A DNA stretch of 59,727 nt, counting the filler, from Basidiobolus ranarum (lineage: Eukaryota), in assembly GCA_040143965.1 (NCBI GenBank). It is 6 parts of 6 records of this genome, joined end to end, with 100 filler letters (N's around TTAATTAATTAA, not from the genome) between each part and the next. Parts side by side here need not be neighbours in the genome. Positions count along the whole stretch, not along the records: positions 1 to 9,882 come from JASJQH010000768.1; positions 9,983 to 19,862 come from JASJQH010000769.1; 4 more parts are not named here. One strand, given 5' to 3'. Of this stretch, positions 1 through 11,088 are shown piece by piece (within the stretch, counting starts at the first letter, position 1; each line of letters opens with the position of its first letter). The position numbers and the translations under genes are program-made. Under the pieces are notes generated by a model that worked only from the letters and a program-made list of their open reading frames with translations, made no database searches and was not told the origin of the DNA.

Positions 1-45
1 GATTGCTGTCTAACCAAATGCTCATCTTTCTTCCCTACTCTATAG

Positions 46-448
46 ACATCCCCTGTTCCCAAAAGCGCCAACCAGAAGATGATTGGGCGCAAGCCAGGTA
101 AGCTTTTAACTCATGGTGATATGGTTATAAACAATTGACTAAATTGAGCTTTGATAAGCCAATCCACTGGACATCCAGGAGGCTGATGGGGTCCACTTGC
201 TCACACCTGCAGAACAAACAATCTGCTCAGCGTTGCGCATTTTACCTAAAGCATACATGGTAATCAAAGAGACCATTCTCAAAGAATACGCTCGTTTGGG
301 ATCACTCAAGCGCCGTCAAGCTAGAGAACTGATCAAGATTGACGTTAATAAGACTAGCAAAATATATGACTTCTTCATTGAGATGGGATGGATCAAGCCA
401 CCGGCAAGAGGAGCAGCCAGTACCTCGACAAATGGAACACCTGCATAG
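46..448 (+). CDS. ADA2: Transcriptional adaptor ADA2 (SAGA), 3' exons with SWIRM domain; partial, 5' part outside contig
   Basis: Exons 46-97 and 159-448 (intron GTAAGC...AAG) splice to RKPANPLDIQEADGVHLLTPAEQTICSALRILPKAY...LIKIDVNKTSKIYDFFIEMGWI, the Ada2 C-terminal SWIRM signature. Confidence 0.92.
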
Positions 449-1533
449 TAATCAATGAAACACCTTATCGTTCGACCCGCTCTGAAATTGATAACTGATA
501 GCCCTAGCCTTGGAAATTTATTTGGCACTAATCAACATTTTTGTTCTTCAATTCTATTGGGGTCGCTTCTACATACACTATGTAATCTAGGTCAAGTTTG
601 AAATATAGTGTAGCTTCCTTGGACCCATTAGAACTGCAGTCTTTGCTCTCTTTTATCAACAAACCAACCTACCCCAAGTCAAGCGTTTTTTTTGAGCGGA
701 AAATTTTAAATATACATATTACCATACTAGTTGGCTTTTCGAGATGATTTACACGGTACAAGACTATCGTTTATGTTGAACAGCCTCTTTTATTCTTGGA
801 TAGCAGGGGGGACATGTATTGTACCGAGTAAAGGAGAAACAAAAAGAAACGGATAAATTGAATTTCCTGTATACATCACTATCTTCCAAATAAGTAATAA
901 ATCTTCAGTGAATTTCCTATCAGAAAACCAAACAACATCCATTTCTTGTGTGCTTGAGGTACTAGCGCTAGAGTTTACGCTTTGGAGCCACTTCTTTCCT
1001 TACTATCTATATTAGCCTGTTGAATGTATAGAAGAACGCGCTCACTAGTGAATAAGAGAATTTCAGAACTCCTATTTGCTAAGTATAAGCACTTTCGTTT
1101 ACTAATTCTTCTCTATTTCGGCAAGTGTCGTGGTTAATGTTGCTGGTGACGATAACTTGACATTGTAACAAAACGACTGATTGAAGAAGTAAGAGGAGGG
1201 TTGATGCGAAAAAATCCAATATCAAGCAAAGCTGAACCTTTTCAAACACTTTACATTAATGAACGACCAAAATTTATGAGATTATATGCAGATTAGCACC
1301 ATTCAATTGATTGTTCTCATTCGCAGTAGCTACAAGTAAAAGTAGTCTTATTATTGATTGAAATAAACAAAACCAATGTTCTCTTCTCTAGTTGAAGACT
1401 CAGCAGTTCAACATATCCAAACCAATATAGAAGGCATTGCTTGCATTACCTATGTATTGATTTATGGTAAAGGCCTGAATGTTGTTAGATATACCATGGT
1501 AAGAACTCATTTAAAAGGATGTCTGTTTTAAAC

Positions 1534-1838
1534 TGTTGAAATTAGCATTGCCTAAACACCTATATAGTCATATATAGCTTAGTACTTAGTTATCTCATAT
1601 TTCACTAAGATATTACCCATTATTCTCATATGGAATTTACTCAGAAGTTCTCAGATATATAGATTTTTCAAGGCAGCCCCAAACTTTGCACACATGCTCC
1701 TGGGACCTTCTTTAACACATTCTATACATTAGTTTGTTTACATCTTGACAAAAGTATAAATGTCAACTCAATAAGTGAAAACCACCAATTTCTCTAATTC
1801 TCCAAACCACTTCCAACAGGCTCCCAAATACTTTAACA
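1534..1838 (+). mobile_element. Solo LTR, family copy 1 (orientation A, TGTTGAAAT...TTTAACA; true transcription strand unknown)
   Basis: 305 bp with TG...CA termini and a short imperfect terminal inverted repeat; flanked by TAAAC/TAAGC (4/5 target-site duplication); homologous to copies at 2607, 9738, 28480 and 29201-29755. Confidence 0.8.
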
Positions 1839-1844
1839 TAAGCA

Positions 1845-2262
1845 CTACCTGTCTATTGTTATCAAAATATTTTCATATTATCACAATATCTGTCCCATCA
1901 AAGACTAAGAAAGAGTACTTCGGTCAGATGAGACCAGGGTCAACAGATATGCATCGGAGAGCTAGTCTACTTTATTTTTTGTACTTCTGGGGGTATATTA
2001 TAGTCCTTGGATCTGGATACACATAAAAATGTGAGATAAATATGGATAGCTCTCTCTACAAGACCACACTTGAAGAGAAGCATGTGAGCTCTCCGAAATA
2101 GAATCTTGATCTTGAAGCACCAAGTTCAAATATAACAAAGATCCCAAACCCAGAGCAAAATTGGTGTTACTGCTTCACGCCATCTGATTCTGTAATCTAC
2201 TAGTTGAATGACCCTTGCAATCTCCAGATATTGCTAATACTATTGAAGGAACCTGGTAGAGC
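1845..2262 (+). mobile_element. Decayed Tc1/mariner (DD34E-type) transposase remnant
   Basis: Frame-broken translation gives D*ERVLRSDETRVNRY (cf. DWxxVxWSDET), YFWGYIIVLGSGYT*KCEINMDSSLYKTTLE (cf. VWGxxxxxGxG...MxxxxYxxIL), FKYNKDPKPRAKLV (cf. FQQDNDPKHTAK) and E*PLQSPDIANTIEGTW (cf. WPxQSPDLNPIENLW), in the correct order; stops and frameshifts throughout. Confidence 0.8.
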
Positions 2263-2606
2263 ATGAAGCTCCTCTTTCTAAGATATTAGAGTTTTGAGAC
2301 AGGGTTCAAATTGAATTGATAAGTATGTATATTGAAAATTAAGCTTGAGCACCTGATATGGTAGCAGTTAGATGATGGCAAAACGATATTATCTAACCAG
2401 TAATAAAGAAAACGTAACCAATCATTTGATAGTCTACTATAGCTTACAGCATGATACCAATAACTTTACATACAGCTATTGTATAGTCCAAGCTATCTGT
2501 TACATGGGTAATCTTTTGAATAGAATTCTCTATAAATTTCGGAATTTCTCATTCATAGTAGTTTTTGGGCAAGCAAATTTACTGCAAATGAACCATTGGC
2601 AATATA

Positions 2607-2924
2607 TGCTGAAGTATTTTGGGAGTTTGTTGGAAGTGGTTTTTGAACTAGAAGAATTGATGGTTTTCACTCATTGATTTATTTAGTTGACATTTATAGT
2701 ATTGTCGAGATGTAAACAAACAAGCGTGTAGAATGTGCTAAGGAAGGCCTCAGGAACATTCGTGCAAAGTTTGGGGCTTCTAGCACAAGTTTGTAAAATC
2801 TCTATATCTGAGAACTTGTAAGTTCCGATTGCGAATAGTGAGTGATATCTTGATGAAATATGAACCAACTAAATACTCAGCTATATATGACTATATAGGT
2901 GCTTAGGCTATGCTTATTTCAACA
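2607..2924 (-). mobile_element. Solo LTR, family copy 2 (orientation B)
   Basis: 318 bp, TGCTGAAGTA...TTTCAACA, reverse-complement homolog of 1534-1838; perfect 5-bp direct repeat ATATA at 2602-2606 and 2925-2929. Confidence 0.85.
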
Positions 2925-3879
2925 ATATAGACTATACAGAGTCTAAATAGTAATAGGTAAAAATGATGCTAGACTATTAGGCATTTTGCCTGCCAATTAA
3001 TGAAAAATTTCAAACCACTATATGTAATATTGTCATTAAGCGATACAGAATGAATATGCTTTAGCTATAGCAGCCAGTATTCAGCAATACTGATGAAATA
3101 CTAATTGTGGAAGAATAGGTATTGCTGCCCCTGTAAATCCAATAGTCTATCAGAAATATTAGTTTCGCCTTTACCATCCAATCCCATCAATGCAATCATG
3201 AAAGCACATAAAGAAGCTGGACTTACTCTGGAGATTGGAGCAAGATTTAAGTAACAAAAAGCACACGCATGTAAAAGGTCAGAGATACACAAAAGTACAC
3301 CAACCAAATGCATAGTATTGTGAAGTATGTTTCAGAGGAAGAGGCTTGCTAGACATAGAGTGATATGAACAATTGATAATAAGTAATCCAATGCTGCTAC
3401 AAAAGTTTAAAAAAAGACTCTTATATGTTTACTAACTGCAAACTCCAAGATATGTGCTAGTCATCTTTGTGGCTTGAACCATAACAGATTTGTTTACAAA
3501 GCTAGTATTTACCATGTATAGGGTATTTTGAATAGCCTCTACCATCTGAACCTCTAGAGCACTAGTACACTAATTGTAACATCTATAATACGAAGCGTGT
3601 ATCCGTATATTACCGAAACCTGAGACCAAAATATCATATAAAAACTAACAAGACAATTGATGTGTAGCATGTTTTGATAAAGCATGCGATGTTGATACTG
3701 TAGTGATACTTTAGTAGTACGCATATCATGAATTAAGCTTCGAAACCGATGAATTAAATCTAACTCTATGTAAAGCGCTGTTGCCTGGTAATACGTGTGA
3801 AGGAAAGCGATGAGCATGTGTGATAAATATTGGCAGTATTTGTTCCGAAATAGCTATTTGGATCACTCACTGCCTAGGC

Positions 3880-3986
3880 GGCTATAGTATTAACCCTAAA
3901 TGTAGACCAAGCTTAAGGCTATAAGATTAACCCTAAATACAGACCAAGCTTAAGGCTATAAGATTAACCCTAAATACAGACCAAGC
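3880..3986. repeat. Minisatellite, ~2.9 copies of a 37-bp unit
   Basis: Unit GGCTATAAGATTAACCCTAAATACAGACCAAGCTTAA starts at 3880, 3917 and 3954; head-to-tail with no spacers. Confidence 0.95.
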
Positions 3987-5111
3987 CAAATTGGAACGAC
4001 ACAGATGGATTTTGGATCCGATGGCATGCACAGCTGTAACACAGTATCACCAATGTGTACTGGGAGTGTTTTGTTGTGATTGCAGATTTGGATAATGATG
4101 GGATTGTCTTTGAAGTAATAAATCATTTCCTGGTCCATACTTGATTTGGCAATCGTAGTAATATTAGATATCGCGGAAGAGCAAAATACTGCACTGATTG
4201 AAAGCTATGCTTCGACTATCTTCCGTGATACTTTGCACAGGGCTAGTTCGCGACCTTACCATACATTCACTTCTCAAGGTTAAAATTCTCTCTATGCCTG
4301 CAATAATGCTACGGCAGAGTGATCGGTGTTTGCTCTGCTGCACACTGTCTATCAGCTGATCTATCTGCGTTATATCGTCCACTTCACATGATGGCGATGC
4401 TGTTGTAGTCACCCATGTCCACTTCTATGTTGATCTCAGATTCCATTGTTCCGGATCAGGTTGATATTGCCCCTCTATACTTCTAGGAGTTCTGGGCATC
4501 AAGGGTCTATTTCTTGTCTTGGAATTATAGTGGGTTTGATCTGGTCATTAATTTCGGTTGCAAAACTATAAATTAGAAAGCGTGAAACAAAAACTAGTTA
4601 TTGGTTTGTCTCCAAGATAGGGAGACTAATATTGAATTCCAAGAAGATTCTGAACATACAAAGCAATTGGCGTATTTTAAGAAAATCAAAAATACAGGAA
4701 TAACCGGGATTTGGAGAATGATTTGATGAGGCAAAAGCTTTATATTTGACAATGTTTAACCTTATTCTTGAAATCTATTTTCTCTTTGTGCTCTTAACAA
4801 GCTTTCCCCTGAAACCAGTATCTTAAGCGTATTTATATTTAAAGGCCCAACTACTTCCAGGTGCTTCTCATAACTTCTATTGTTGCACTCAACTCTTTTG
4901 CTTTTCGAACCTTGTGCTTCTAAACGTCGTAAAGGAACCTTCTGCTATTATTTTTGCTCGGCCAAGGAATTTATTGTTTGACTCTCATTTGACCTTGCTA
5001 ACTTTGGCCTATTTTCTCGCTTCAAGTACCTCATCTCTACTTTACTTTCGCAACCCGGGAAAGGAAAACACAAAAACGTTCATTTTTTAAACTAACAACA
5101 AGTCTCCAAAT

Positions 5112-7796
5112 ATGGGTGCTACAGGTGGAGTGCTCACCGGTATGAATCCGTTGCAATTCAATAGCAGTAATCCGCTTCCACTCTTCCTTGTTCAAGTTGT
5201 CGTCATTATCTGCACTTGTCGAGTCCTGGCCTTTGGTCTTGCCAAACTTCGTCAACCTGCTGTTATCGCTGAAGTCATTGGTGGTATAATTCTAGGGCCT
5301 ACAGCCTTGGGTCGCATCCCTGGTTTTGCCAATACCCTGTTTCCCAAACAATCTCTTGATTTTCTGAACTTGGTGGCCAACTTGGGCCTAGTTCTGTTCC
5401 TGTTCCTGGTCGGACTAGAACTGGATCCTAAGATGCTAAAAGCCAGTGCTAGAAGAAGTCTTACCATATCTCTCGCAGGTGTATTGCTTCCATTTGGCGC
5501 TGGTATCGGTGTCAGTTATGCACTTTTCAATCTTTTAGGTGATACTAGTCAGAACTTTGTCAGTTTCTTCCTCTTTCTGGGAGTCGCCATGGCTATCACC
5601 GCCTTCCCTGTTCTTGCACGGATTCTGACCGAGTTGAAGCTGCTCAAGACCTACGTGGGCAGTGTCACTATATCGGCTGCCGCTGTCGACGATGCTGCAT
5701 CATGGTGTATGCTAGCTTTGGTAATCTCTATTATCAATGCCGCCAACTCCTTGACTGCATTATACGTATTTTTGTGTACTGTTGGCTACTCCTTATTCCT
5801 CGTATTTGGCATTCGCCCTATATTGATTAAGATTTTGCGTCATACCGGCTCCTTGGAGAATGGCCCATCACGATTTGCTGTCTTCTTGGCCTTCCTGGTA
5901 GTCCTCATCAGTGCCTTCTTCACTGATATTATCGGTGTTCACGCCATTTTTGGCGGTTTCTTGGCTGGATTGATCATGCCACACGAGGGAGGCTTTGCTG
6001 CTAAATTAACAGAGAAAATCGAGGATGTTGTCACTATTTTATTACTACCACTTTACTTCACTCTGTCTGGACTAAAGACCCAGATTGGGTTGTTAAATGA
6101 CGGTACCTCATGGGGTTTCGTATTCTTAGTGATTTTTGTCGCCTGTGCCGGTAAGATAACTGGATGTACCTTTGCTGCGCGATTCGATGGTATGAGCTGG
6201 CGGGAGTCACTTGCCGTTGGGGTACTAATGAACTGCAAGGGTTTGGTAGAACTGATTGTACTCAATCTCGGTTTGGAGGCTCGTGTTATTAACGAGAAGA
6301 TTTTCGCTATCATGGTACTGATGGCACTTGTGACGACATTTATGACAACTCCGCTTGTGATGTGGATATACCCACCCCAATACAGAAACATGGACAAGAA
6401 ATCTATAAACGAAGAAGAGGGCAGAGAATCCACTCAAGATGACCGAAATTCACCAGTCCCTGTCCACGATGATGTGAAACAGAAGTCTCAACGCGTTCTC
6501 ATGTGTCTAAACAAAATGAACCATGTGCCCACCATGATGACGCTCGTCCAATTGATCAGTCCTTTGACAGATACCACCAGCAAATCTCAATCCTTGGCTC
6601 ACACTAGCGGATTAGGAGAGGAGGAGGGCAGCAACACCATGACCCATCCAATCTCTTTTTACGCTCTACACCTGATGGAACTTACCGACCGTACATCAGC
6701 TATCATGATGTACTCCGAGTCTAGTGAGGCCATCCAACGGGATCCAGTCATGAATGTCTTCCGCATATTTGGGCAACTTAGTGGTATCAATATCAAATCA
6801 TTCATAAAGACCTTGTACCAAAATGAGTTTGCTCAAACAGTGACAGCTCAAGCCCAAGAAGTGGGCGCTGATTTGGTCATGTTGCCATGGTCTGGGTCCG
6901 GAAGTATGGCAGATGATCCCGCCTTGGATCCTATGGAAGAGTTATTACAAGAGACTAAACATACATCGTACCAGCATGCTCTGTTCATTTTGGATATTTT
7001 TGAATTGTCTGAGTGTGCCATATCGGTGTTTGTCGACCGCGGCTTCAGTATGGAGGAAAAGTCACAACCTGAAATCGAAGCTATCGGACTGGAAAGTCCT
7101 GGTGTACATGGGCATTCGAAAATGAATCAATACATCTATCTCCCCTTCTTCGGTGGACCTGATGATCGTGAAGCTCTGGAGTTTGTGATGCGGTTAACAG
7201 CAAAGAACCCTAACCTCAACGTGAATGTGATTCGTTTCAGAAGGAATGCTGATATGCACTCACCTAACCCAACTGATGACTATAACAAATCTGGCCCGTC
7301 TAATACGACACTGCTCACTCTGGAAGAAAGTCCATCCACTGATAAACCCCAAGTATTTTCTACAACGTATGGAAGTAAGGAAACGATCGCGAGTTACGTA
7401 CAGGTCAACATTGGCCCAGCTTCTAAAATAGGTATCATATCATCAGAACAAGATGATAAGTTGTTCGTAAAATACTTTTCAGACCATTCCTCCTCCATGG
7501 ATTTCAAACAGAGATTATCACTGGAAGTAGTGGAGACCGGCACACCTTTGTCATCAGCTGTGAATGTGCTCAATTCTCGTGTGGGATCTAAGGACCTTGT
7601 TATTGTTGGAAGAGGGCGTCTTCAGCCTGCTGCCCATTGGAACCATGGTGTAGACATGAACTATAAAGATGTATTACCAACTTCAAACACCGATCGCCAC
7701 AGATGCCTTGGCAATGTAGCTGAAGCTATGTTGCACAATGGTTGTAAAGGTAGCTTGTTAGTAGTACAATCGGCGAAAGCATCATCGTCAGGATAA
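5112..7796 (+). CDS. KHA1: K+/H+ antiporter, CPA2 family (fungal Kha1 / plant CHX-like), intronless, 894 aa
   Basis: Motifs LRQPAVIAEVIGGIILGPT, AITAFPVLARIL, AAAVDD, GVHAIFGGF, LLPLYFTLSGLKT, MNCKGLVELIVLN; C-terminal LPFFGGPDDREAL. Confidence 0.95.
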   Translation: MGATGGVLTGMNPLQFNSSNPLPLFLVQVVVIICTCRVLAFGLAKLRQPAVIAEVIGGIILGPTALGRIPGFANTLFPKQSLDFLNLVANLGLVLFLFLVGLELDPKMLKASARRSLTISLAGVLLPFGAGIGVSYALFNLLGDTSQNFVSFFLFLGVAMAITAFPVLARILTELKLLKTYVGSVTISAAAVDDAASWCMLALVISIINAANSLTALYVFLCTVGYSLFLVFGIRPILIKILRHTGSLENGPSRFAVFLAFLVVLISAFFTDIIGVHAIFGGFLAGLIMPHEGGFAAKLTEKIEDVVTILLLPLYFTLSGLKTQIGLLNDGTSWGFVFLVIFVACAGKITGCTFAARFDGMSWRESLAVGVLMNCKGLVELIVLNLGLEARVINEKIFAIMVLMALVTTFMTTPLVMWIYPPQYRNMDKKSINEEEGRESTQDDRNSPVPVHDDVKQKSQRVLMCLNKMNHVPTMMTLVQLISPLTDTTSKSQSLAHTSGLGEEEGSNTMTHPISFYALHLMELTDRTSAIMMYSESSEAIQRDPVMNVFRIFGQLSGINIKSFIKTLYQNEFAQTVTAQAQEVGADLVMLPWSGSGSMADDPALDPMEELLQETKHTSYQHALFILDIFELSECAISVFVDRGFSMEEKSQPEIEAIGLESPGVHGHSKMNQYIYLPFFGGPDDREALEFVMRLTAKNPNLNVNVIRFRRNADMHSPNPTDDYNKSGPSNTTLLTLEESPSTDKPQVFSTTYGSKETIASYVQVNIGPASKIGIISSEQDDKLFVKYFSDHSSSMDFKQRLSLEVVETGTPLSSAVNVLNSRVGSKDLVIVGRGRLQPAAHWNHGVDMNYKDVLPTSNTDRHRCLGNVAEAMLHNGCKGSLLVVQSAKASSSG

Positions 7797-9737
7797 GATT
7801 ATTCCAATTAATTATTTTCCAAAATAACCCCATACCTTTCTTCTGCTATAGTAGTATATTCAATAGGATTCTACATTCATCTCATCTTCCTTTTGAAATA
7901 ATTATAATAATGATCATCATCTCGCTTTAACATACCCCTTCGACCCACGTGATTTTTGCTTTCGGTTATATAATATTAATAAAATGAATATCAAGTTTGA
8001 ATGATTGCATGAACTGCTTGTTATAATATACTATAATGTTCCACAGCCAACCCCCGCGACCACTAGGGCTTTGATCCGTGGAGGCCAATTTGATTTAGGT
8101 TTGGTCTAACTACTTAGGGGTGAAAGAGGTAGATGTTAGTAAGAAACGTAAAGCACTCTACATTAGTCCTTGTTTAGAAAGACTTAATTTAGCATAGTTC
8201 CCATGTCGGCTGATCATGATTTTAACTTTTGAAAAGTTTGGATTCAGAGGGGTGTGGTTTCAAAATAAACTCGTCTCAGGAGAGAAAGTCAATATCGAAC
8301 AAGCTATTAAGAATTGAAACAAGAATCTTAGGAAGGGATTGAGTATGGTTCATAATCATGAATTGGTTTCGATTGCGGGCTCTATGTGAAGGGTACTGTC
8401 CAGTAAGTGTCCAATAACTAAAGTGCTCTGGATTCAATAGTCATCATAGGACGCTAGGAAGCCAAAGTAGATTCTTCCTTTGTCCCTGGTACTCATCACT
8501 GATTGTCATCTGATACACTCCCACAGTGAGCACAAGAACGAATATTCTAGGCTCTAGGGTCTATTGTTGCCCACTTTATCTGCGAACCTCAAATCGGTGT
8601 AGTCATTAACAAAAGAGACTCAATGTCTTGGCGTGCAAATCAATAAGAGCTACTAGTTTATACCTGATATGATGATCTTAACTGCACTCTCTTGGACTCA
8701 ACTCCATACTCGTCCATAAACGGCATAGTCAGGTTGGTATAGCATCTCATAAGGTGATTCTGATGCTCTCTATCCTCGCTTGTGTACCATTACAATCATT
8801 GCCCAACAGATTACCGTTTGGACTACACGAGGGGGTTGTTTGATTGCATCATACGTTAATGTTACATATCGTCACAGGATAGCAATCATCTGATATGGAA
8901 TTCTACACCTAATTACTAAATTACCTACAGGTTACTTAATTGGTTAGATCAGCTGCGCTTGTATACGCCAGAAAACATCAGTTCCATATGGCACTATCTT
9001 TGTGATCCATCTTACCTCGGTTGGTGACTCCACTCAAGTCAAATATGGAAAGATGGATGTCTGATAGCTAGGGAGAGGTATAGGGTAAATGAAGTAATTT
9101 GGGGCAACAGAAGTGGCAATGCAATCTGTTAATATGGTATTCAGTAATTACCATTATTGACTGCGTAGCTATTCATGAATCAAAGGTAACTGAGTCATCT
9201 GGCGAAGAACACACTTGACATGTCTATTCGAATTGCATCTTAGGATAAGGAAGACTGAACATCTCTTTCCTCAAAAGTTATTCCCAAGCGATAGCATCAT
9301 ACATGGCTATGCGTCAGGTGAGCGTCCATTTGTCACCTAGAGAGGAAATAATAGATGCTTCAAAATGTGAGGTCAAATACATACGAGTCCAGATAGCAGG
9401 GTAGAGCTTACCTCCATGATAATAATTCGAAACAGTATACAAGAAGGAATCGCCAAGCTGCGTACATGAATATTTTAATGTTAGTGCATGAACCTTTTAC
9501 AATTGGTCAAAAACTTCTCTAGCACCACATCACATTAGTTTAGCCCTTTGTGGGTATCATGTACTACTCATATGCTCTCTTTCATATGGTCAATATTCGA
9601 TTATACTGAGTCAAGTAGTACTATATGTGACATTGGACGATATGCATAAAAATTATATAGCTTAGTTTAATACAATCTCGTACCCCCAGAGTTGATGTCA
9701 GCCCATTTTGCATGTCTCATCAGGCCTGAGGTTTTGC

Positions 9738-9882
9738 TGTTAAAGTATTTGGGAGCCTGTTGGAAGTGGTATGGAGAATTAGAGGAATTGGTGGTTTTCA
9801 CTTATTGATTCATTGAGTAGAAAGTTGACATTTATAGTTTTGTCAAGATGTAAACAAACTAACATGTAGAATATGTTAAGGA
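9738..9882 (-). mobile_element. LTR family copy 3 (orientation B), truncated by contig end
   Basis: Begins TGTTAAAGTATTTGGGAGCCTGTTGGAAGTGG, identical in pattern to the other copies; the assembly breaks inside it. Confidence 0.8.
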
Positions 9883-9982
9883 NNNNNNNNNNNNNNNNNN
9901 NNNNNNNNNNNNNNNNNNNNNNNNNNTTAATTAATTAANNNNNNNNNNNNNNNNNNNNNNNNNNNNNNNNNNNNNNNNNNNN
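9883..9982. other. Artificial contig linker (N44-TTAATTAATTAA-N44)
   Basis: Exactly 100 nt with a six-frame stop 12-mer; repeated identically five times in the window. Confidence 0.98.
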
Positions 9983-10189
9983 AAATACAGAGTTAAGCGT
10001 AACTGCTGGCCTAAGACTCGTGGTGTTGCTATGAACCCCGTCGACCATCCCCACGGTGGTGGTAATCATCAACACATTGGTCACGCTTCCACTGTTGCCC
10101 GCGACTCTTCCGCTGGTCAAAAGGTTGGTCTTATCGCTGCTCGTCGTACCGGTCTACTTCGTGGTACCAAGAAGATTGCTGATAAATAA
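9983..10189 (+). CDS. RPL2: 60S ribosomal protein uL2 (L2/L8), 3' end, partial
   Basis: [68 protein letters not shown]; not listed in the ORF track because the start is missing. Confidence 0.98.
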   Translation, partial: KYRVKRNCWPKTRGVAMNPVDHPHGGGNHQHIGHASTVARDSSAGQKVGLIAARRTGLLRGTKKIADK

Positions 10190-11088
10190 GCTCTTGCATT
10201 ATGACTTTACCATCTATTCAATTTGGAAATAAATATACAACGGTGAAATTTGGGTATCTTCAATATGTAATGTCTTTATTAGATAACAAGTTCTCTAGTG
10301 AGCTAATCAATGCACATGGCATGATCATGGCAGATAGTGCCTGAATCTGCCTGTGTCTACCTGAACCCTTCGATCTAGTCGCATCGACAGCCAACATATA
10401 TTCCGTGTTTCTTGCATCAATCCAAGCTTAAAACAAGTACCTATCTGAGGAAGATTACAAGAAGATAGGGAGCAAAGTCGGGATCTGGATCGTGATCATG
10501 ATCTTGGTGGCCGCTGGTTGGTACACAAAATACAAATGATAAGAGATTATTCAACAATGGTTGGCGATAGTTAAACAATCGATCAGCCTACCCCAGCTTA
10601 TGAGGAGAGAAGATTCCTCGTGATGAAGAGCATGAACGTGATGACCCCCTTATCTTAGATTTGATGTTTCTCAAATAGAGTGAAGGAATATTTCGCAAAC
10701 AATTATAGGGTGTAATATATATGGAATGGACATATATTATTTATACTCATGCTTAATTAATGTGTATAAATGAATGAGCTAAACTTGTAGGCATTGACAT
10801 CATGTAATTCCGGTATAATACGTTCCATTACATTGAGGTTAAGGAGACTACATGGCCAATGGCAATGACATACACTAGCGACATATGGAATGAATAGATC
10901 CATTGAGAAAAAAAATAAAAGTGTAATGAGATGCAGAAAAAGGAAATTACCCAACAAACTTTGAGGGGTCTCATTGGCGATTGGAGTCATAGAAGAAAAA
11001 AAAAATATACACACAGGTATTTAGATGAGGCTATGGACGGTTATTGAACCTTTGATCCTTTCTCCGCCAATTTTTACGTAGAATCATC

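Noticed and set aside
3880-3986. 37-bp repeats as a CRISPR array
   Set aside because: Units are directly head-to-tail with no unique spacers, there are no cas genes, and the DNA is eukaryotic.
5037-7431. Overlapping antisense or alternate-frame ORFs within KHA1 (similarly within ARB1, the LRR gene, RRP6 and PNS1)
   Set aside because: They are shadow ORFs of real genes with no motifs of their own.
9927-9938. TTAATTAATTAA recurring every ~10 kb as a biological motif (for example piggyBac TTAA sites)
   Set aside because: It is always centred in 44+44 Ns and is a six-frame-stop concatenation linker.
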